Shown: positions 36,136-46,600 of the stretch, piece after piece
How positions within the stretch are numbered: the stretch's first letter is position 1
Layout: each line of letters begins with the position of its first letter
Source: Folioceros fuciformis
Lineage: Eukaryota
Length of the DNA stretch: 64,000 nt
NCBI GenBank assembly: GCA_049999805.1
Contig: JBNGIO010006148.1
Location: forward strand, 105,553 to 169,552
Direction: 5' to 3'
Notes under the pieces: model-generated
What the model was told of the DNA's origin: nothing
Seen by the model: the letters and a program-made list of their open reading frames with translations, nothing else
Databases searched by the model: none
Made by a program: the position numbers and the translations under genes

Positions 36136-39100
36136 ATATTGGTCACAAGCATAAGGACTTCGATAGGACCACTTGGGTGGCAAAAGTGCGACTTGCTTCT
36201 TCCTCCGAACCAGCTGCCAATCCTCTTCTAACAGATCCTTTGGGGCCGTCCCCGGAGGCTTGGTTGTGGCTTCGAGGGCAATCTGATCACTTGTTGGCTC
36301 TTTTCCATGCTCGTTTTCCATGTCCTCACCTCTTCCGACGTCTCCCTAGGTGCCTACATGATGATATTCGCCTTGCTTATCGTCTTCCATTGGATCATCT
36401 TGCTCAGGACCCGAGGGATGAGGGTGCTTGGATTTTGTTCCTTTTCCTGCCTAGATGGTGCTTTCGGCGCTCTAGGGGTGGTCCGTTAGGTCATAGGGAG
36501 GTGGCCTCTCGACTTCGTCGTTCTCGATCCGGAGATTGGCAAGCTCTTCAGGAGGAGGATTTACTAGCAGCAAAATCTCGATTGGAGTCAACTAAGGTTG
36601 ACAAGGTATGCCATGACCCATTTAAAGTGCGTCTCAAGCGGTGTCTCATGTTGGGCAGCCATGGTGAATGTGCTCGGGCTGCTAGAGCATTGCGCCCAGA
36701 GCCGGCTGCATCTGCAACTGAGGACACCATTGCTGCACTTCGTGCCCTTCATCCAGAACCTCATGATACTATACCGCAAGATCTTCTTGACCACACAGTT
36801 GAGGAGCCTTTTTGCTTGGATAGGGTTGTTTTTGGGCATGCACTCTCTTCTGCGCCGCGACTTTCTGCAAGGGGTTTGTCTGGCATAGTTTATCACCATT
36901 TTCGAGATTATTTTTCTCTTGAGGATCCCTTAAGTGGTTTTTCGGAGCTTTATACACTAGTAGTTCCTGTGGCCAGGGGCGAAGTTCCCAATCGAATCTC
37001 TCAAGTTTTGGCGGCTAGTAGGCTACTTGCATTGGAAAAGCCCACCTCAGGAGTGCGCCCTATTGATGTGGGGGAGGTATTTTTGTGCCTTATCAGCCAA
37101 AGTATTGCAATTCAACTTCGGGAGTACTTTCAAGCACATCTTGCACCCCACCAATTTGGGTTTGCTACCCAGGAGGGTGTGAATCTGCCGCTCTCAGCAT
37201 CTAGGTGGCCCTTGAGTTACATCCTCACTGGGTAACTTTGCAGGTTGATATTGAGAATGCTTTCAACACCGTCTCTAGGGTCGCCATCTTCTCAGAGCTC
37301 AAGAGTGCAGGAGGTCAATTGGCAAGTCTTATCCCTTTTGTTCGCTCCTTCTATGGCTCGCCATCCAAGCTCTACTACCAACACGGCCCGACTATTGAGG
37401 GGGTCTCAATTTTTGATTCAGCAACAGGCACAAGGCAAGGGGATCCGCTGAGGGGTGCTCTTTTTTGCAATGGCGCATTTTCGTGCGTTGTCCTCTATTG
37501 CCTTAGTATTTCGGGAATGCCTTTTCCCTTCCATGGCTGATGACACTCATATTCTTGGGCAAGGAGTTATAGTCAAAGCAGCATTTGATTTCTTCTCATC
37601 AAAGCTCTCCAAGGTGGGGTTGCGGGTCAAGCTATCTAAATGCAGGGTTTGGTCTCCTCAAGCATCACCCCCCCCCTTTAACCTTTGGGGGGGGGGGGGA
37701 TATCACCTCCTCGCAGGGACTTCGAGTCTTGGGTGTGCTTGTGGGACCTCCTGATTTTGCTCATAGGTTTGTGGATGAAGCATTGGATGAAGATTTGGCT
37801 CATATCATGGACCTCTCACAAATCGGTGATCCTCATATTGCGTTTAGTATCCTTTCTTCTTGTTTTGCTCAGCGACCAGGTTACCTCACTAGAATTGTTG
37901 CGCCTTCTCCATTTTTCTCATCAAGTCTCAGGAAGTTTGACAATCAAGTTATGCAGGCTCTTGGGAACATCATAGGTTCAGGCACCTTCGAGTGTGCTAT
38001 CAGTGATTTGGCTCAGAAGCAGGCTTCTTTGCCAGTCGCCTTTGGAGGGGTTGGTCTTTTGGCTATGGAGGCCTTTGCCCCAGCTGCCTTTCTCGGCAAC
38101 TGGGCCGTCTCAGCTCCAATTTTGGCCTCTCGGTTTTTGCTACAAGATTCCCCTGTTCTTGACAGTTTTATTTCAGGTGTTGAGGAGGGCGTTTTCCCTT
38201 TACAGGTATCTCTTAGGCAAGCGAGGGATTCTCTACCTTTGGAGGCTCGTGAGGCTCTACCTCCTTTCACCTCCTTTTCTAGGGAAGGGTTGAAGGGTCT
38301 CCAAGCCTCTCTCCTAGAAAAGCAATATGGCCAAGCACTAAGAGCCCTTCTTTCAGACTCATCCATCCCTAGGTCTTCTCGAGCTGGTATTCGATCTTGT
38401 TCAGGTGAAGGAGCAGGCTCTTGGCTTTTAGCTCGACCTAGCATCCAGGCGTTTCGAATCGCACTAGCAACTTTCGCCACTGCGATGAGATTTCGCTTAG
38501 GTTTGGCCCACCCCTTGGCTTTTTCTCTCTCTACATGCAGTTGTGGGGTTGCCATTGTCGATACAGGGTCCCATTTGGCATGTTGTCCCGTTGGGGGGCA
38601 CCGCATTGCCACTCATGATGCAGTTCGAGATGTCATGTTCTCAATGGTTAGGGAGTGTGGGTTTCTTCCGTATAGGGAGCGTCCATATACTTTGCGCAAT
38701 GGGGTTTCACTTAGAGCCGACCTTTTCTTCACTAGGGGAGAATAGGTTTGTGTTGCTAATGTGGTTGTTACGGATCCCACAAGGGATTCGATTTGTGAGC
38801 ACGTCATCATCAACCCCCCTGGTTGGGCAACAGAGGGTTGTGCAAGTGCCAAAGTCCGTAAGTATTCTCCCTTGCAAGACGGGCATACTTTCATCCCCCT
38901 TGCTCTTAAGACTCATGGAGCTATAGGCAAGGATTTTTCAAGGTTTATCAAGGAGTGCGCCAAGGTTTATCAGAGCAATAGGAATGGTGTTCTCCCTCTT
39001 TCCTCTGTGGTGGCCTTCTTTCGACAATGTGTATCCATTGCTTTGCAACAAGCATTGGCCAATGCGGTTTTTAGAGGCCTTCTTTTGACAATGTGTATCC

Positions 39101-39305
39101 ATTGCTTTGCAACAAGCATTGGCCAATGCGGTTTTTAGAGGCCTTCTTCCGACAATGTGTATCCATTGCTTTGCAACAAGCATTGGCCAATGCGGTTTTT
39201 AGAACAGCAACAAGTGCAGGTCAAGTGGCTTCTTCGGCACCGGTGGTAGGTAGGCCTTTTGTTATTCCACATCATGACAATTTGGGAGCAGTAGGTAGTT
39301 TTTGA
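36136..39305 (+). mobile_element. Non-LTR retrotransposon, CRE-like clade (RT plus C-terminal CCHC and restriction-like endonuclease), frameshifted
   Basis: RT motifs: LLALEKPTSGVRPIDVGE, QFG, DIENAFNTVSR, GTRQGDPL, FPSMADDTHILG, GLRVKLSKC, GGVGL. C-terminus: CSCG…HLACC…HDAVRD…RADL…K.RKY…FIPLAL.T.GA.G. Frameshifts near 37200, 37455 and 37690; stop at 38743-38745. Confidence 0.85.
39012..39203 (+). repeat. 3 x 64-bp tandem triplication inside the 3' end of the CRE-like ORF
   Basis: ggccttctt…gacaatgtgtatccattgctttgcaacaagcattggccaatgcggtttttaga starting at 39012, 39076 and 39140. Confidence 0.92.
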
Positions 39306-39554
39306 AAATGATATTCGTAGGGGAGAGTACCTCTTTTTGCCTTTGGCGCTAATGGGGTTGTTCCTCCAATCTTTGGAGTAGATAGGACTTTCCATCTCTT
39401 TTTCAATCATAGAAAATACGCGATTCTTCAATATTCTATTCATAGTTGCATGTTTTCAAACGAGGTATCTCAAACATAAATAAAGTTACTTGCTTAACGT
39501 AGAAGTATCCATTTCACTCCACATTCAACAGGTAGAATTCTAACCACTGCAACC

Positions 39555-39781
39555 ATGATGGGTCACCAAACAAATCCACTGTGATAAGTCACTAAACTAA
39601 TTGTGAACGATGGGTCACTAAACACAATGATGGGTCACTAAACAAATAGTTGATGATGGGTCACTAAACAAATTGTTGATGATGGGTCACTGAACACAAT
39701 GATGGGTCACTGAACACAATGATGGGTCACTAAACAAATCGTCAATAATGGGTCACTAAACAAATCTTCAATGATGAACAA
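39555..39781 (+). repeat. Minisatellite (atgatgggtcactaaaca core, ~21-27 bp units)
   Basis: About nine variant copies of gatgggtcac. Confidence 0.88.
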
Positions 39782-40697
39782 TTTATGGAACAACCTTTGC
39801 AATAATCAGCTTTGTCCCGATAGTCACAACATCCATGACAATTAGCATTGTCTCAATGCTAATGATAGACAATCCCCTAACCGTGATTGAGGGTGGTATG
39901 AATAACTTTGGTGATAGGTAAACCCTTTCAACTCCCCAATCATGATATATAAGTGTCGTTTGTGGGTTTTTACAAAATAGCCTTCGGAGCTAGTCCTCTT
40001 AGTCTCGTTGCATATCTAGATGCATGCATAATACTTGAAATTTTAAAAATAGTATGAATACTTAAAATGCTTTACGAAAATTCAAATAACAGCTTGGCGC
40101 TTCGAACTTGTGAGCTTCGTCGTCGTGTAGCTTTTGGCAGTTACGTGCTGACAGCAAAAACCCGTGGCGTTCCAAGGACGAAGGTGATTGCACTTCTCAG
40201 TGGGTTGTAGTACGTGCATGGATACACAGAAGAATCTCTGCCCCATAGATTGTGCTATTAAGAAGGGAGACCCCGCAAGACTACTAGAATGGAATCCAAT
40301 CCGCTTAAAAGTCCTGAACTGTCGAGGTAGCGTGGTCGGTCGGCAATAGTGAGGTAGAAGTGGTTGGGTGGGGCCTTGCGCAGAGCTCTGCACAAGTGCA
40401 ACGCAACGACAACGACCAATGTCAGCCTCTAGTACTGGAGCCTGTCATGATGCCACCAGCAGCAGTACCTGAGGAAGTCAGGCGTGTACAGACATCGACT
40501 CCAGCTGCTCCAGCACGATCACCACCTACCCACCCCGGACATGTATGAACGTCACCACGGTCACCCAAGTACGGGCTTCCTCCCGCCCCTGCTCCATAAT
40601 ACTGGCCATGTCTGGCCGGCCACCCGGATACATATTGTGAATGCAGAGCTGGTGCCATTCCGTAGCCATTGCACCACTACACCAGATCACAGCATCC

Positions 40698-42237
40698 ATG
40701 GCAGGCGGCATGCGCATGCTGACATGCCTGCTCTTGATCCTCCTGTTTCAAGCGGCGGTAACAGTCGGCAACGACGAGATCGATGTAGAGCAGCTGGACT
40801 TGGACCCGAAGCGGGCAGTGGAGAGCTTCAAGACGGAGGCAGGCACAATTGAGGTGTGGGAAGCATACTCCCAGCCCCTCATCCTTCTCGCTGCTGTCGC
40901 CGCGTCGAAGCTCACTCTTTACTTCCGGAGCCTTGCGTTACCGGCGTACTCCGACTCCCCCAAGCTCCACTACGTCATCGAAGGTGATCGAACAATCTTC
41001 CATCATTTCAATTCAACATCAACAAGTCTTAGCCTGCATCCATGCCTCAAAGCTTTTCCGGACCAGATTGATGAAAACTTTCTTGCCTCCACAAGCAGGG
41101 CAAGCGATCGTCGGGGTGGTGTTCCCGGGAGCTGATCTGCGCCAGTACGTCCGGAGCGTGAAAGCAGGCGACGTTGTGGCGCTGCCGGTGGGATCCGTCT
41201 CCTGGTGGCTCAACCCTGCCTCCTCCAACCTCGTCATCATCAGCCTCGGTGACACTTCCAAGGCGCACCGCACCGGCCAGTTCACGGACTCCCCTCTCGC
41301 GGGCCGCACCTCCGTCGTCCATGGCTTCTCTCCCGATTTCCTGGCTCAGGCTTGGGACGTGAATGAAACTCTACTGAAGCAGGTGGAGGACAATCAGAAG
41401 GGGGATATCCTGGTGCAGCTCTCCGATCGTGATTACCGCAGCATTCTGGAAGCCGCGCCCGATCGTGTAGGCAACATTCCCGAGAACTCTTACTCCCCTG
41501 CGTATGGCGAGTTCATCTACAGCGCCAAGGACGCCAAGAAAGACCCCGACGTCAAGGGCGGGGGCAGAGTGGCCCCGATCACCAGCGATGTGCTCCCCAT
41601 CCTCGAGCACATCCAGCTTGGTTCCGATTTGGTAGAGCTGGACCCGGTAAGTCTGCTGTACTCGGAATTGATGCCGTCACGATTACATGAAGCGTTCTTG
41701 ATGAAATCGTGGCCATTTCTTAATCAAGCCATGGCCATGGATATCTCCAGGGCGGTCAGGTGTCCCCAGGCTACTCCGCAGACGCTGCATTCCAGGTGAC
41801 CTACATTGTGCGAGGGAGCGGGCACGTGCAGATCGTAAGCGACAAAGGCAAGCGGGTTGTGGACTTCCAGCTCACGGCGGGGGATTTCTTCATCGTTCCT
41901 CGCTTCTACATCGTTTCCAAGCGGGCAGGAGGCCAGGGATTGCAGTGGTTTTCAATCATCACCACACAGAAGTACTTCGACTTCTTGGACGCTAAGCTTG
42001 CATTTCGTCCATGGACTCATTCATCGTGCTCGAAAATATTCATGTTCTATGTCAGCTAAGGGTTTGCGTTGTTGCGTACGCAGGCCGATCTTCACCAATC
42101 TTGCCGGCAGCTCTTCTATATTCAAATCACTCTCACCAGCAGTACTCCGGGCAGCACTGAATATAGACGGAGACGCGGAAAAGTCATTCCGCCAGAGTCA
42201 CAGCCAAGATCCCGTCTTCTTCCCTCCGCTTAGCTAA
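40698..42237 (+). CDS. Bicupin, 11S-globulin/glutelin-related protein with N-terminal signal peptide; exons 40698-40983, 41099-41646, 41751-41971, 42084-42237
   Basis: LPAYSDSPKLHYVIEG, KAGDVVALPVGSVSWW, GFSPDFLAQAWDV, SPGYSADAAFQVTYIVRGSG, FIVPRF; C-terminal FFPP. All introns are GT-AG and in phase. Confidence 0.92.
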
Positions 42238-43692
42238 AAAAATTCTGTTCCCAAAGCCGCGAGTTCTAGTCGGATCAACGTCAACATGGAATCAGGCTTG
42301 TAAAGGAAAGAGGCAGGTCTGAGTGCCAGGGACTTGGTCCCTCGGCGAAGAGCTTTCACAATTCTCGGTTCTAAAGACGTGCTATATAAACTTTGATTCC
42401 TGAATTCCTTGTCCTTTTCGGTGGTGCCTAAGCTGGTCAGACATGCAAGTGTGTTGTCTCCCGGCCATGAATCGAATCGTCTTGGAGGCGCTACGTGTGC
42501 TGGCTTCCTTCCAAAGGGCCTGGTTCGAAAGTTTCCGAAGACAATGGACGACCGCTCCTAACACAACCCCAAAGCTGCCTTTCCTCGAGGCGTTTCGGTC
42601 ATTTACTCCTACACTGCAAAGCGCTTCCTTCACTCATGGCCGGCTACAAACAAACTAGGGAACTTGATTGTTGCACCTGACGATTAAAACCACTCGACAG
42701 AGCACGTTGAGGGCTACGATATCCTAGAAGATGGCGTTCATGGTGAGGCGAGGGGAAGCAGGTTGTCTCTCCAACGTGGACGGAGAAAAGCAGAGACAGC
42801 AAGCCCGTAGGAAGGAACGGCATCCTCTATAATCAGTGACTCGCTATTTTCACTGTTCAAACTTTTGCATACTACAGCTCAAGATGGCAGGCATGCATGG
42901 GCTAATGAAAACCTTCCCTTCCAAGAACGTGAGAATGGCTCCTTCCTTCCGATTCGTGCTGGGAACGGAGGTCTTCACGTATTTCGGTGGTTTTGTCGAA
43001 ACATGAGTCATCCAGAGTCTTCGTGATGCAATGTCCGTACAGTTCCTCGTTGCAGTTGTGATTTCAGACAAAAGGTCTGCGGCCTTGAGAAGAGCGTCCA
43101 CCGCATCAGAAGCACATCATAGTGTCAGAACGTAAAAGGTACCTGCACCAGATTGGCGGCATGCCAACCTTCCAATAGAGGGAACACAAGTTAACCAGAG
43201 CATCTTGACGTTCACGATGCAGGCAGAGTTTCTGGTGCTGTCTCTGCCGCCAGAGCTGCTTTTCGAAACGACGTTCCAACTTGCCCTAGTATTGCGTTGG
43301 GAACTGCGAATGCTTTTGTGTCCTCGGGTTACGCACATAGCAAATCCTGATCTCTGGCTGCTACTTGCTGATGTCTGCATCACTCCGCTCCAGTCCTCAG
43401 GGGTCACCCTCCGTCACTGTATCAGGATGGGTGGAACTATGACGTAACATAGCTTTTGACTCCTGACCCCTTCTGCTCATTGGCTGAGACCAAAGATATC
43501 CAGCATACAAGTGCTATGCCTGCCGTCCACAACTCGTCCTGGACGCCATTCTCTTACGATTTTCGCATGATTTTTAAAGTATGCCAGTCCCTCTAACCTC
43601 TTTGGGACGCAATAATGAAATGGGTGAAGAATATGGCTGGGGATGAAGAGGCACACGAAGGAATGAAACGACTAGACACCGAAACTCTTTCT

Positions 43693-46600
43693 TCATTCAG
43701 AAAATGCATGCTGGTCCTGGAGCCTTGCTTGACTCTTGTTGTCCCCGACCAAAAAACTATGCACAACCCCGTCCATGTCTGTCCACCAGCTCTGACCCGG
43801 CTGTTTCCATGCCCCCACTCTAACTCTCCTCTCCTGCATCTTCAGAGCCTGCTCCCACATCTGCATACCATTGTATATGTTGGACATCAACGCATATGCT
43901 GCAGGATCTTTTCGTTCCAGTGATAATGCTTGGTAGAAAACACAGCATCCCACCTCCAAATTGCTCCACTTCCGACAAGCCCCCAAGAGAGCATGCCAAA
44001 CCACAGTGTCAGGTGCTACAGGCATTGTCTTCACCAATGCCAGAGCCTCATCCAGTCGGCCTGCTCGGCCCAAGAGATCCACCACGCAACTGTAGTGCTC
44101 CAAGCTGGGGGTTATGCCGTAACGTGTGCTCATAGACTCCAAGCATTCTTGCCCCTTGTGTAACAGGCCAGTATGACTGCATGTCACTAGTACACCTAGG
44201 AGCGTGATGGCATCTGGCTGTATGCCATCCTCTCCCATTCTGATAACCAAGTCGAAGACCTCATCACTGTCTCCTTGTTGGCTGTATCCTAGAATAAGCG
44301 CATTCCAGGCAACCACACTCCGTTCAGGTAATGCACCAAACACCTGGCGTGCATCAGCCATGCTTCCAGACTTTCCATACATGTTTATCAAACTGTTCGC
44401 TACAACGAAATCAGCTTGAAGCCCTTGTTCTTCGATCTGAGCGTGGAGGTATCGTCCAGGGTGCAAAGCTGCCATGGCTGCGCACGCCTTTAGGAGGTGC
44501 ACAAATGTAGTGGAGTCAGGTACAGCCATGGCATCTGCTTGCATAGCACTGTAGAGATAGAGGCCTTCCTGCCCCATTCCCTGCTGGGAATACCCAGCAA
44601 TCAAAGCATTCCAAGCCACCACACCTTTATCAGAAAGCCCCTCAAACACTGTCTGAGCGTCCTCCAGGCTGCCGCACTTTGAGTACATGTCGACCAGTGT
44701 GTTGCCAACAAACGCATCAGTATGATATCCTCGTTCCCTGATTTCGGCATGAAGCTGCTTACCCTTCTCCAGAGCTGGGGTGCCCACACTTGCACATGCC
44801 TGTAGAAGGGACACAAATGTCACGGAGTTGGGCACAGACGTGCCTTCTTCTTGCATCGCACTGTAAAGATCCAGGGCTTCCTGCCCCATACCCTGCAGGA
44901 CACACCCTGATATCAAGGCATTCCATGTCACCACATCTTTCCTCCTCTGCCCCTCAAATACACAATGAGCATCTTCCAAGCTCCCACACTTTACATACAT
45001 ATTAACCACACTGTTGGCCAAAAAAACATCACCTTGACAACCTCGCTCTATGATCTGTGCATGAATCTGTTTTCCCTTTTCCAAAGCTGGGGTGCCCACA
45101 CGTGCACATGCCTTTAGGAGGCACACAAATGTGACCTCATTAGGTGTGGCAATGCCTTCTTCTTCCATGGCACTGAAAAGACGGAGAGCTTCTTGGCCCA
45201 TCCCTTCTCGGGAATAACCTGCTATCATAGAATTCCAGATTACCACGCTTGTCCGGTAACATCCCTCAAAAACTCTTTCAGCGTCTTCTAAGCTACCACA
45301 TCTTGCATACATATTGATCAAACTGCTAGCAACAAACACATCAGCTTGGAGCCCCTGTTCTGCAATCGCTGTGTGCAGCTGCTTCCCCTTCTCCAATCCT
45401 GGGTAGCCCAAATTCGCACATCCCTGCAGGAGGCACACAAATGTCACGGAATCTGGTGCAGTCAAACCTTCTTCTTGCATTGCACTGTAGAGACGAAGGG
45501 CTTCCTTCCCCATGCCCTGCTGGGAACAACCTGATATTATAGCATTCCATGTCACCACATCTTTTTGATCAAGCCCCTCAAACACACTCCGAGCATCTTC
45601 ATAGCTGCCACACTTTCCATACATGTTCACCAAACTGTTGGCCACATTAACATCAGACTCGTGACCCCCTTCTCTAATTAGTGCATGTAGCTGCTTCCCC
45701 TTCTCCAATGCAGGGTTTCCCACACTTGCACACGCTTGCAAAAGGCACACAAACGTGATGGGGTCAGGTTCAGCAATCCCTTCTTCTTGCATAGACTGGT
45801 AGAGACGAAGGGCTTCCTGGCCCATGCCCTGCTGGGAATACCCACCTATTAAGGAGTTCCAAGTCACGACATCCTTTTCACCAAGTCCGTCAAACACCCT
45901 CTGAGCATCTTGCAAGCTGCCACACTTGGCATACATGTTCACCAAACTGCTAGCAACAAACGCATCAGCCAGATGTCCTCCGTCTTTCATTTGTGTATGG
46001 AGCTGCTTCCCCGTGTTCAGCGCCAAGGTGCCCACATTTGCACATGCCTGCAGGAGGCAAACAAATGTCACAGAGTCAGGTACAGGCATACCTTCTTCCA
46101 TATCACAGTAAAGAGAAAGGGCTTCCTGGCCCTGGCCCTGCTTGACATACCCTGATATCATGGCATTCCACGTCACCACATCTTTTAGTTCAAGGCCCTC
46201 CCACAGTCTGTGAGCTTCTTCCAAACTGCCAAGCTTTGCGTACATGTTCACCAAACTGCTGACGAGAAACGCATCAGATTCATGTCCCACGTCTCTAATT
46301 TCCGCATGAAGTTGCTTCCCCTTCTCCAAACCTTCCTTACCCAGACTTGCACATGCCTGCAGAAGGCAAACAAATGTCACAGGATCAGGTACAGCTATGC
46401 CCTCTTCTTGCATGACACTGTAAAGACAAAGTGCTTCCTGGCCCAAGCCCAGCTGGGCATACCCTGATATCATGGCATTCCATGTAACCACATTTTTTTC
46501 ATCAAGTCCCTCGAACACTCTTCTAGCATCTTCCAAGCCACCACACTTGGCGTACATGTTCACCAAACTGCTGGCTACGAACACATCAGCATCATGTCCT

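Noticed and set aside
35362..36154. Repeat-peptide ORFs (WCTTVERCGLGR…, VVHYGGAVWPR…)
   Set aside because: These are by-products of a minisatellite; variable unit lengths shift frames.
35495..39781. CRISPR-like arrays flanking an RT gene
   Set aside because: Eukaryotic context, no unique spacers and no cas genes; these are degenerate tandem repeats.
42850..43690. Downstream or frameshifted DYW domain for the PPR
   Set aside because: No HxE(K/R), CxxC or terminal DYW-like motif was found in the minus-strand frames I read.
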